Below are positions 17,801 to 25,705 of a stretch of DNA of 32,000 nt, piece by piece. The notes below the pieces were generated by a model that was given only the letters and a program-made list of their open reading frames with translations, did no database searches and was not told the DNA's origin. Position 1 is the stretch's first letter. Every line of letters starts with the position of its first letter. A program made the position numbers and the translations under genes. This stretch comes from Psychrobacter sp. DM4 (GTDB lineage Bacteria; Pseudomonadota; Gammaproteobacteria; Pseudomonadales; Moraxellaceae): the NCBI RefSeq assembly GCF_051307035.1, contig NZ_CP195536.1, positions 1,470,001 through 1,502,000 of the forward strand, in the 5' to 3' direction.

Positions 17801-18736
17801 CAGCTCGATACCCAGCTCGTATCGACAATGACAACGCTTGATACACAAGCGCACATTTTTGAGCGCGCGTTAGCAGCATCGAGTTTTAAGGATGAAGCTC
17901 ATTTTAGTGCAGCTCGCCTATCCATTGCTGAGCGCAATCAGCTCAGTCAACGTCAGCAACATATCGAATATAATTTCAAGCAAGCACAGACTCTGTTAGC
18001 GCAAACCGAACAAACCTTAGGCGATAAACAAATTAACCCTTTAACCACCGACAATATAGAGACGCTCACTCAGCAGCAGCAACAAGCGACGGATGAAAAC
18101 AAGCACCTAATAGAAACTATAGGTGCGATCAGTCAACAGCTCAAAGACAATGAGAGTAAGAAGCAAAACCAACAGGCGCAGCTTGAGGTTATTAACGTAC
18201 AAAAAGAAAATCTACAAGTGTGGCAGCAATTGTATAAACTCATCGGCTCATCGGATGGCAAAAAGTACCGCACCTTTGCGCAAGGTCTCACCTTTGATAT
18301 TATGGTTAATCATGCCAACACTCAATTGCATAAAATGAGCGACCGCTACTTGCTTATTCGTGACGATAACAGTCCACTTGAGCTTAATGTCATCGATAAC
18401 TATCAAGGCGGCGAGATTCGCAGTACCAAAAATCTATCGGGCGGTGAAGGGTTTATCATTAGTCTGGCTCTAGCGCTTGGGCTGTCGCAGATGGCCAGTC
18501 AAAATATCCGCGTGGATTCATTATTTTTGGATGAAGGTTTTGGTACGCTCGATGATGAGTCGCTGGATATTGCCCTAGATACGCTGACCAGTTTGCAACA
18601 AGAGGGCAAATTAATTGGTGTCATTTCTCACGTACAAGCCTTAAAAGAACGTATCTTGACCCAAATCCAAGTGCAAAAACTCTCGGGCGGCTTTAGTCAA
18701 ATCACAGGTCAAGGCTGTTACCGAATTTCTAGTTAA
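14849..18736 (+). CDS. sbcC: Exonuclease SbcCD, ATPase subunit C (Rad50-like SMC)
   Basis: 1295 aa. The N-terminus MRLIELRLKNLNSLKGEW...GHTGAGKTT (Walker A) is closely collinear with E. coli SbcC. Long Q/L/E-rich coiled coil, central zinc hook CPLCG, C-terminal signature LSGGE and Walker B LFLDEGFG. Confidence 0.92.
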   Translation: MRLIELRLKNLNSLKGEWHIDFADSAFINEGIFAITGHTGAGKTTILDAVCLALYGETPRIGSISKSSNEVMTRQTAECFAEVVIDLNGIQYRCRWGQRRAYNKADGNLQDATHEIAQLNHDDPAKGDDVLESKLTRAQAKIVELTRMDFQQFTRSILLAQGSFSAFLKAKADERADILEKITGTDIYATISEHVHEKKRFEEDILSKLQYGLQGLTLLNSDEENELKTRLESQQNTQNKQQQLVDHLSAQIKWLESIIELTDKRTTYQSEVEQARQVQQEFSFDAKRLGAANKALEIDSQYSQLVTSRDTANRLKSEQQALADQLPTQQATLNQAATRLDLADEQEKTASNELENTLPKIAQARKLDGDITQHTQTLADHTQRKQTLDAHTKKLRQEIEQHNNTAEQSTIKLVEMDESLAHASELNDLDTSIANFDSTCGRLKTLLQDNESLNLERLDYQNQLKQARDNVATLKHQHATDKAVNAKAHEQITMLKQQREALIESQSLASLRGEQEHSAHISAQLDHIAFKIQKLVDTKTQSDTIAKTLPTINDELIALAKAIADSESALKEAKDKRQDKQNQLYLRQKVAALEDYIADLKDNHPCPLCGALEHPYGEHHPHLDQNEASHSKPLQEQMRDLDAVIDNDEQVLSQLRIQQATNATSLEQYTQQLTPLQEQSDILLKDIKGLIDYVFEAAHSDAMTTIIQPLSHLLTDKGIESAPIMLNQLSPIKAQLIKHKNKIRATLTQHEEITDILAGLNKSMEAFELRQKNLASDISESDTTIKIVSSQIESINHKISSNFEELQTISETLLSLVNTYPAGKYAVITPHSINLSARKLQPLFESIYKQTVLDDSTCDQHIEALRRQRNSLKTLKADFNTFKDTRQTIATTLSRLKAQIETQQVQLNADKDALSSLTVLVEDKTDAVAELKRDRQEIFADKDCNDEEQRLRTIVEERRIQQIAAQRQVDSAEQVLIQLQLQLQQLDTQLVSTMTTLDTQAHIFERALAASSFKDEAHFSAARLSIAERNQLSQRQQHIEYNFKQAQTLLAQTEQTLGDKQINPLTTDNIETLTQQQQQATDENKHLIETIGAISQQLKDNESKKQNQQAQLEVINVQKENLQVWQQLYKLIGSSDGKKYRTFAQGLTFDIMVNHANTQLHKMSDRYLLIRDDNSPLELNVIDNYQGGEIRSTKNLSGGEGFIISLALALGLSQMASQNIRVDSLFLDEGFGTLDDESLDIALDTLTSLQQEGKLIGVISHVQALKERILTQIQVQKLSGGFSQITGQGCYRISS

Positions 18737-18804
18737 TCAATATGATGAATCCTAATGCACTTATAGTTACAGGGCGTCCATAATGAAGTTTGTAAAAGTC
18801 AACT

Positions 18805-18836
18805 AAAAACCCCACTACTAATAGTGGGGTTTTTTT
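18805..18836. terminator. Bidirectional rho-independent terminator between sbcC and gdhB
   Basis: CCCCACTA (18810..18817) pairs with TAGTGGGG (18822..18829). An A5 run precedes it and a T7 run follows. It lies between convergent genes. Confidence 0.8.
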
Positions 18837-18855
18837 GTCATGAGTTTCATTAATA

Positions 18856-21800
18856 TTATTTAGTAACCAGTCCGCTTAGCTCACTCATAAGAACGGACAA
18901 TGTCGATAGACTAACAACACTCTCATCGTTCTCATCGAGCTTGTGCATCTCAGCGGTCACGTTCTGTAACTGACTGTCGTGACGTGCGCGCCATTCACTA
19001 AAGGCCTGTTTGGCATCTGGCTGCGATAATAGGACATCCATAAGCAGGCGCAGACTACGTGACAGCTCATTAACGAGCGCATAACGGGCACGGCGATCCC
19101 AGTAATCTTGCTGCGGTAGAGTCGCAACATGGTCTATCATCCAATCGAGCTGCAAGACTTGATAGGCCTCAAAGTAGAGCGCTGCGATCTCATCGACAGG
19201 ACGCTCGTATTGTTCAGCGAGCAAAGCGGCGTCGAGGGCATCGACATGATACGGCAGCATGGCAAATATCGCCGCATCGCTATCAGATAATCCATCTTGC
19301 ACTAGACTACTTTTGTCTTCTTGCAAGTACTGTGTAAACTGCTGCTCGATAAAGCCGCCGGCTTTAGTCAATTGTCTGGCGCTAGTCTCAAATCGGCTAA
19401 TCATATCAGCGACTTTTAAGTCTTGTCCAAAGGCATTGATAAACCAGACCACTCCGCGCTCAAGCACATCTCGCAGGCGCAGCTCCAACTTAAGTAACAA
19501 AGTTGCATCCACTTGATTGTCCAATGACTCAAGCATCTGCCAAATGGCTGATACATTAAAGACATCACGGGTGATTGCATAGGCACGGATGATTGTAGCG
19601 AGTGATTGATCGGTTTCCTCATACAGACGGAAGATCGCCTCGATACCCAAACGGTTGACCACGCTATTGGTCAGATAAGTACTGATAATTTCGCGATTCA
19701 GCCTATGCTCTGTCATCTCATCAAAGAAGCGAGAGGCCAGCTCATCCGGGAAATATTTGCGCAGCTCATTAATAAAGTACGGATCATCAGGCAAATCTGA
19801 TAGTAGCAAACTATCATAAACCCACATTTTCCCATAAGCCATGACGACTGACAGTTCAGGATTGGTCAGTCCTGTCTCTACCTTTTGACGTTTTGTAATT
19901 TCATCATCCGAGGGTAAGTACTCAATAGCGCGATCAAGTCGGCCTTCACCTTCTAACATTTGAATAAAGCGCTGATGATCACTAAGATTGGCGCTGGCAC
20001 GAATATAGCTAAGCTCAATCGCTTGCGGTTGTAGATAGTTTTGGCGCAAGACCAGTGTCGCGACGGTATCCGTCATACTCTCCAGTAACTCATTGCGTTG
20101 CTTTAAGGTCATATCGCCTTGTTCAACCACTTTACCGAGCAGTATTTTAATATTAACTTCGTGATCTGAGCAGTTGACCCCACCAGAATTATCAATAGCA
20201 TCGGTATAAATACGCCCGCCCGTTTGCGCATATTCAATACGACCTTGCTGCGTCAGACCTAAGTTACCGCCCTCACCAATGACAGCAGCACGCAGCTCGT
20301 TGCCGTTGATACGTACCGCGTCATTAGCGCGATCGCCAACATCGGCATGAGTCTCGCTTGTACTTTTGACATAAGTACCGATACCGCCATTCCATATGAG
20401 ATCAACAGAGGATTTCATAAGAGCCGTGATCAGCTCATTAGGCGCTAAATCATCCTCACTAAGATCAAATAATGCTTTCATCTCGCTACTAATTGCAATG
20501 CTTTTGTCAGTACGCGCGAACACGCCGCCACCTTGACTAATGAGCGACTTGTCATAGTCATCCCACGTGGAGCGCGGTATATCAAACAAACGCGCACGTT
20601 CATTATAAGACTCAGAGGTATCAGGACTTGGATCAATAAAGATATGTAGATGGTTAAAGGCAGCAATCAGCTTGATATGTTTTGAGAGCAGCATACCGTT
20701 GCCAAAGACATCGCCGCTCATATCGCCGATGCCGACGACGGTAAAGTCATCACGGTTTTGAATATCTCGACCTAGCATGCGAAAGTGACGCTTGACCGAC
20801 TCCCAACCGCCGCGTGCGGTGATACCCATGGCTTTGTGATCATAACCAACTGAGCCACCTGAGGCAAAGGCATCATCGAGCCAAAAGTTATACTCGCGCG
20901 CTAAAGCATTGGCAATATCTGAGAAGCTTGCCGTGCCTTTATCGGCGGCCACTACCAAATACGGGTCATCTTCATCATGACGCACGGTGTTTGCTGGCGC
21001 GACAATGTGCCCGTCGACGATATTATCTGTGACATCTAGCATCCCGCGAAGGAAAGTCTGATAACAGGCAATACCCTCAGCTTGAAAGGCGTCACGTCCA
21101 TCTGCCATTGTTTTGGTTTTGACAATGAACCCGCCTTTTGAGCCAACAGGAACAATAACGGCGTTTTTGACCATTTGTGCTTTGACCAGCCCTAGGACTT
21201 CAGTACGAAAATCCTCCATACGATCTGACCAACGCAAACCACCGCGCGCAACTTTACCGCCGCGTAGATGCACCGCTTCCACTCTTGGCGAATACACAAA
21301 GATCTCAAACATAGGTTTTGGCTTGGGCAGATTGGGAATATCGGCCGCTAAGAATTTAAATGATAACCGATCTTTTCGTAGACCATCCTTATCAGTTTGA
21401 TAAAAGTTAGTACGTACCATAGCGTTGATAAGATCTAGATACCAACGCAGGATACGATCTTCATCTAGGCTGTCGACGTTGACTAAAGCGCTAGTCAATT
21501 GCTCCTGAATCTGAATGGTTTTATTCTTGCGTGTGTTTTCGCTGTGCTCAGGATTCATTCTGGCATCAAACAGATGAATCAAATCGACACTGATGTCACT
21601 GTTTTTGACGATGGTTTGTTGGATATAACTACTAGAAAACGGTGCACGGGCTTGGCGCATATAGCTTGACAAGGCTCGTAACACCACCACATCATAAGTA
21701 TCCAGTTCAGTGGTCAATACCAGCTCATTGAATGAATCACTCTCAACACGCCCTGCCCAAATTTGTTTGAGACTTTCCTCAAATTGCTTACGCACGACAT

Positions 21801-23712
21801 GGATATCGACGGTATCAACATGCTCCAAGGTCAGCTCATACTCCTGCATCCAGATCGATTGCTGCGGCAAATCAAACTCATAAGTCTGTGCTGAGATAAC
21901 GGATACCCCAAAGTTCTCTAATATTGGTAGCACTTTGGATAAGATTACCGGTTGACCTTGGCCATAGAGCTTGAGATGTAACTGGTTACTAGCATCTCCT
22001 GTTGATTGGTACAGATGCCAGATCATCGGTTGCTCATTGCCCAAAATTGCTAGACGCTTGGTATCTTCGACCGCCGTTCGTGTATCAAAACGCTCTTGGT
22101 AAGCCGCTGGTATATACTCCAAAAACCGTTTCGTTAAGGTATTGGCTTGTTGTTCACCGACATTATCAAGGAGCGTTCTTTGGTAGTCATCCTGCCATGA
22201 TTCCATAAGCGCTGTGAGTCTGGCTTCAAGGTCATGTTTGTCGACGTTATTAACTTGCCCTGGCACAATGCGGACATGAACGTGAACGCGGGCATGTTCT
22301 GACTCATTGAATTCAGTAGTAAATCCAGAAGACGTACCGCCATAAGCGTCTTTTAACACCTCTTGCACCTTGATTCGTAGTTCAGTGTTGAACTTATCAC
22401 GCGGAATATAGACTAGGCAGGACACAAAACGCTGGTAGGAGTCAATACGGCTAAACAGGCGCAAGCTTTTTTTGTCTTGTAACTCAGCAATTCCCGATAC
22501 CATAGGATACAGCTCTTCTACGCTGGCTTGAAATAGATCATCGCGCGGCAAGGTATTAATGACATGCATCATTTTATGATAAGCATGACCCCCTCGCGGC
22601 AGGTTTGCCATCGCCATGATTTTGCTGGCTTTTTCACGTAGTAGCGGAATTTGTTGAACACTGAGCTGATAAGCTTGTGAGGTCAGCAGACCAATGAAGC
22701 GGTACTCGCCAATCAGCTTACCCGAGTCATCGAACTTATGAATACCCAGAAAATCCATGTACACTGGGCGATGAATGGGAGAGACGCGACTCGATTTTGA
22801 GAGCATTAATACGCGTGGCTCAGTCAACAAGGCTTTAAGATTAGCAGGTAGACTATTAAAACTTTCAGAAGGCGTATCTTCACTTGAACCTCGCAATAAA
22901 CCTAGACCACTATTACCAATAGCGAATAAATCTATATCTTTGCTACTGATACTTTTGTCTTTAGCATCGCTTGTGACATCGATCGCCTGATTGCCCTCTA
23001 AGCGATATTCACGGAATCCTAAAAATATAAAATGATCGTCTAGTATCCAATCCAAAAATGCTTGTACTTCAGTTTGTGAATAAAACACTTCAGGATGTGG
23101 TTTTTTTGCCAAGTCCTCTTTGATATCTCGCAAGCAGGCACGCATCTGCTTCCAATCCCCTACAACGGTATCAAGCGTATCCACTTTATCCAATAATAAT
23201 TGGTGCAGCGCTGCAAGCTCATCGTTATCTTGGTAAGCAATCTCACAATGAATAAGGGACAAATGAGAGGTGGCACTCTCATCAGCGTTCTCGATACTAG
23301 TGATGTTGCCATTATTATCACGCTCAACACTCATAATCGTATTAAAAGTGCGATGTACATCGATGCTTTGTGCCTCAAAAGTCATGAGCATAGTATCGAC
23401 CAAAAACGGACGATCGTAAGCGACTATCTGAATCACAGTATGAGAATTATGAAAGTGCTGCTCTTCTGCTAACGGGTTTAGGACCACTAATTGCGGCTTA
23501 CTACCATCATAAGATTTGAGCCGAGTAAAATGGTGCAAGGCCATACCGGCGAGATCTGCATCACTAATCTCATCTGCGGTCTCACGATGTAGCGATTGAT
23601 AATAAGTATGAATAAAATGATCAAGCAGCGATTTATCTTCTTGCACATAACTGGTAGCAATATCGCTTATTTTACGAATACGCTCTTTTTTGATACTTAA
23701 AGAGTTGAGCAT
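18856..23712 (-). CDS. gdhB: NAD-specific glutamate dehydrogenase, large (about 180 kDa) class
   Basis: Single 1618-aa ORF, the size typical of the large bacterial NAD-GDH family. Its central GDH-like catalytic region includes GGLRWSDR and GDMSGDVFGNGML. AAGGA Shine-Dalgarno sequence upstream. Confidence 0.9.
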   Translation of the reverse strand: MLNSLSIKKERIRKISDIATSYVQEDKSLLDHFIHTYYQSLHRETADEISDADLAGMALHHFTRLKSYDGSKPQLVVLNPLAEEQHFHNSHTVIQIVAYDRPFLVDTMLMTFEAQSIDVHRTFNTIMSVERDNNGNITSIENADESATSHLSLIHCEIAYQDNDELAALHQLLLDKVDTLDTVVGDWKQMRACLRDIKEDLAKKPHPEVFYSQTEVQAFLDWILDDHFIFLGFREYRLEGNQAIDVTSDAKDKSISSKDIDLFAIGNSGLGLLRGSSEDTPSESFNSLPANLKALLTEPRVLMLSKSSRVSPIHRPVYMDFLGIHKFDDSGKLIGEYRFIGLLTSQAYQLSVQQIPLLREKASKIMAMANLPRGGHAYHKMMHVINTLPRDDLFQASVEELYPMVSGIAELQDKKSLRLFSRIDSYQRFVSCLVYIPRDKFNTELRIKVQEVLKDAYGGTSSGFTTEFNESEHARVHVHVRIVPGQVNNVDKHDLEARLTALMESWQDDYQRTLLDNVGEQQANTLTKRFLEYIPAAYQERFDTRTAVEDTKRLAILGNEQPMIWHLYQSTGDASNQLHLKLYGQGQPVILSKVLPILENFGVSVISAQTYEFDLPQQSIWMQEYELTLEHVDTVDIHVVRKQFEESLKQIWAGRVESDSFNELVLTTELDTYDVVVLRALSSYMRQARAPFSSSYIQQTIVKNSDISVDLIHLFDARMNPEHSENTRKNKTIQIQEQLTSALVNVDSLDEDRILRWYLDLINAMVRTNFYQTDKDGLRKDRLSFKFLAADIPNLPKPKPMFEIFVYSPRVEAVHLRGGKVARGGLRWSDRMEDFRTEVLGLVKAQMVKNAVIVPVGSKGGFIVKTKTMADGRDAFQAEGIACYQTFLRGMLDVTDNIVDGHIVAPANTVRHDEDDPYLVVAADKGTASFSDIANALAREYNFWLDDAFASGGSVGYDHKAMGITARGGWESVKRHFRMLGRDIQNRDDFTVVGIGDMSGDVFGNGMLLSKHIKLIAAFNHLHIFIDPSPDTSESYNERARLFDIPRSTWDDYDKSLISQGGGVFARTDKSIAISSEMKALFDLSEDDLAPNELITALMKSSVDLIWNGGIGTYVKSTSETHADVGDRANDAVRINGNELRAAVIGEGGNLGLTQQGRIEYAQTGGRIYTDAIDNSGGVNCSDHEVNIKILLGKVVEQGDMTLKQRNELLESMTDTVATLVLRQNYLQPQAIELSYIRASANLSDHQRFIQMLEGEGRLDRAIEYLPSDDEITKRQKVETGLTNPELSVVMAYGKMWVYDSLLLSDLPDDPYFINELRKYFPDELASRFFDEMTEHRLNREIISTYLTNSVVNRLGIEAIFRLYEETDQSLATIIRAYAITRDVFNVSAIWQMLESLDNQVDATLLLKLELRLRDVLERGVVWFINAFGQDLKVADMISRFETSARQLTKAGGFIEQQFTQYLQEDKSSLVQDGLSDSDAAIFAMLPYHVDALDAALLAEQYERPVDEIAALYFEAYQVLQLDWMIDHVATLPQQDYWDRRARYALVNELSRSLRLLMDVLLSQPDAKQAFSEWRARHDSQLQNVTAEMHKLDENDESVVSLSTLSVLMSELSGLVTK

Positions 23713-23883
23713 AATGGTTATCCTTTTTTATAAATGTTTAAGGTGGTGTGCTTTTTTATTTTGTCTCTCGTTTATTAAAACTTTATCTTTGTCCTATAGA
23801 GCTTAACGCATATGTAATCTTAGCTGAGGTATACAACATCATTTCATGAATCAGTGTTGTGCTGATAACCTTTACGACTCAAA

Positions 23884-23925
23884 GAAAAACACGGTTTGTA
23901 CTGAGAAAAACAAGATTTGTGCTGA
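23884..23925. repeat. 21-bp tandem direct repeat (2 units, 18/21 identical) in the gdhB-purD divergent region
   Basis: GAAAAACACGGTTTGTACTGA (23884..23904) and GAAAAACAAGATTTGTGCTGA (23905..23925). Related cores TTGTGCTGAT at 23857 and TTGTACTAG at 23958. Confidence 0.6.
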
Positions 23926-24090
23926 TGATTACTCTCTTACCAAAAACTAGAGAACACTTGTACTAGTTTACGCTATTACATCTGATGATTTGAACCTATT
24001 GGACACCTATTTGATTTCATCTTTTGTATCTTTATAATTTATCTTTAGACGCTGGTAGATGGATACTCATGGCAATCGGTTGTGATTTTT

Positions 24091-24099
24091 TGTTAGAAT
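24091..24099 (+). promoter_or_regulatory. Candidate extended -10 promoter element for purD (TGTTAGAAT)
   Basis: TGnTAGAAT lies about 95 nt upstream of the purD ATG. The -35 is weak (TGGCAA). This is sequence resemblance only. Confidence 0.3.
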
Positions 24100-24193
24100 G
24101 TGACACGGTAATCAGTAGTACGCTATGAACTGGTTTCAATCGAGCAATAAGAATCTCACCTGTCACAGGCTTAAAAAAACAAGGGCAACACTT

Positions 24194-25534
24194 ATGAAAA
24201 ACATTTTGGTAGTTGGTGGCGGCGGACGTGAGCATGCTTTGGCATGGCAATGTGCCAAAAATGACACCGTACAAAACGTCTATGTTGCGCCTGGCAATGC
24301 AGGTACTGCCCTTGAGCCTAAATGTAAAAATATCATCTTGGACTCTGACATCGATAATGAGCACAGCGCCGTTATTACCTTTTGTCAAGATAACGATATT
24401 GATATCGTCATTGTCGGACCTGAGGCGCCTTTGGTTTCAGGTATTGTTGATGCTTGCCGAGAGGTCGGTATAAAAGCATGGGGCCCGACAGCTTATTGCG
24501 CGCAGTTAGAGGGCTCCAAGACGTTTGCCAAAGAGTTTATGGCACAAAACAACATTCCAACTGCTGCGTACAAGGGCTTTACGGACGCAGCTAGCGCCAA
24601 AGCCTATATCGATGAGCAAGGCGCGCCTATTGTGATTAAGGCTGATGGTCTTGCAGCAGGTAAAGGGGTCATCGTTGCCGAAACGATAGAACACGCTTAT
24701 GATGCCATTGACGATATGCTGGCTAGCAATAAGTTTGGAGACGCAGGTAGTCGGGTCGTCATTGAGCAGTTTTTGACTGGTGAAGAAGCCAGCTTTATCT
24801 GCATGATCGACGGCGAAAATATCTTACCTATGGTGACAAGCCAAGATCACAAGCGCGCTTTTGAAGGGGATACGGGTCCCAATACTGGTGGCATGGGCGC
24901 CTACTCTCCTGCGCCAGTTGTCACATCAGCCGTTCATGACAAGGTAATAACACAAGTCATACAACCTGTCGTTGATGCGATGATAGCAGCGGGTCACCCT
25001 TACACTGGGTTTTTATACGCAGGCTTGATGATTGATGATGCAGGCGAGCCATCGGTTATCGAATTTAATTGTCGTTTCGGTGATCCAGAGACTCAGCCAA
25101 TCTTGATGCGTTTACAATCGTCTATGGTCGATTTAGTCGAACAAGGACTAGCAGGTCATCTACCAGCGCAAGCAAAATGGGATCCGCGCCCTGCTCTAGG
25201 CATTGTCATTGCGTCAAAAGGATATCCAGAATCGTCCTCAAAAGGAGATGTGATAGCAGGGTTACCTGAGAGTAACGGTACCAGTAGTCATGATGCGGTC
25301 AAAGTCTTTCATGCAGGTACCGTATTCTCAAATGATTTAGATAACGCTAATATTGATAGCGCTCAAAAAGAAGTCGTCACTAGTGGTGGTCGCGTCTTAT
25401 GCGTAACTGCCATTGCTGATAATATATTAGAGGCTCGGCAGGCTGCGCTAGCCGTTACAGGTGCTATTAGTTTTGATGGAGCACAGTATCGCCGTGATAT
25501 TGGACATCACGCGATTGCGCGCGACAGTCATTAA
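24194..25534 (+). CDS. purD: Phosphoribosylamine-glycine ligase (GAR synthetase)
   Basis: The canonical PurD N-terminus MKNILVVGGGGREHALAW begins at the ATG at 24194. The tracked ORF start at 24125 adds 23 non-homologous residues. ATP-grasp blocks ADGLAAGKGV and EFNCRFGDPE. Confidence 0.92.
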   Translation: MKNILVVGGGGREHALAWQCAKNDTVQNVYVAPGNAGTALEPKCKNIILDSDIDNEHSAVITFCQDNDIDIVIVGPEAPLVSGIVDACREVGIKAWGPTAYCAQLEGSKTFAKEFMAQNNIPTAAYKGFTDAASAKAYIDEQGAPIVIKADGLAAGKGVIVAETIEHAYDAIDDMLASNKFGDAGSRVVIEQFLTGEEASFICMIDGENILPMVTSQDHKRAFEGDTGPNTGGMGAYSPAPVVTSAVHDKVITQVIQPVVDAMIAAGHPYTGFLYAGLMIDDAGEPSVIEFNCRFGDPETQPILMRLQSSMVDLVEQGLAGHLPAQAKWDPRPALGIVIASKGYPESSSKGDVIAGLPESNGTSSHDAVKVFHAGTVFSNDLDNANIDSAQKEVVTSGGRVLCVTAIADNILEARQAALAVTGAISFDGAQYRRDIGHHAIARDSH

Positions 25535-25572
25535 AATGTAGACCTATCGAAATACTTACTATTTTATTGTTC

Positions 25573-25600
25573 GGCCTAGTCAATACTAGGCCATATTTTT
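25573..25600 (+). terminator. Rho-independent terminator after purD
   Basis: GGCCTAGT (25573..25580) pairs with ACTAGGCC (25585..25592) around a 4-nt loop, followed by ATATTTTT. Confidence 0.7.
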
Positions 25601-25705
25601 GCATGTGCGTTGTATGATACAATTTTGTATGCTCAGCGCATGACTACCTTGTATTGTCACCCCAATACCCTCACATTATTACAAACCCAATGAATACTTA
25701 TACTT

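Noticed and set aside
17425-17856. Cys/Ser-rich 143-aa ORF antisense to sbcC.
   Set aside because: It is the antisense reading of a Gln/Leu/Ala-rich coiled-coil coding region and lies wholly inside a well-supported gene. This is a typical shadow ORF.
13266-18736. Whether the Mre11/Rad50-like pair is part of a phage-defence system rather than housekeeping SbcCD.
   Set aside because: Both proteins are closely collinear with E. coli SbcD and SbcC, including the CPLCG hook. They are flanked by core metabolic genes and terminators, and no accessory defence genes are adjacent.
24100-24193. A possible purine or ZTP-type riboswitch in the purD leader, suggested by long-range complementarity GTGACA...TGTCAC.
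   Set aside because: I could not find the conserved ZTP or purine riboswitch core sequences. A single 6-bp complementarity is not evidence.
24032-24388. The 118-aa minus-strand ORF, and the 23-codon N-terminal extension of purD (start at 24125).
   Set aside because: The PurD homology begins exactly at MKNILVVGGGGREHALAW (ATG at 24194). The extension and the antisense ORF have no support.
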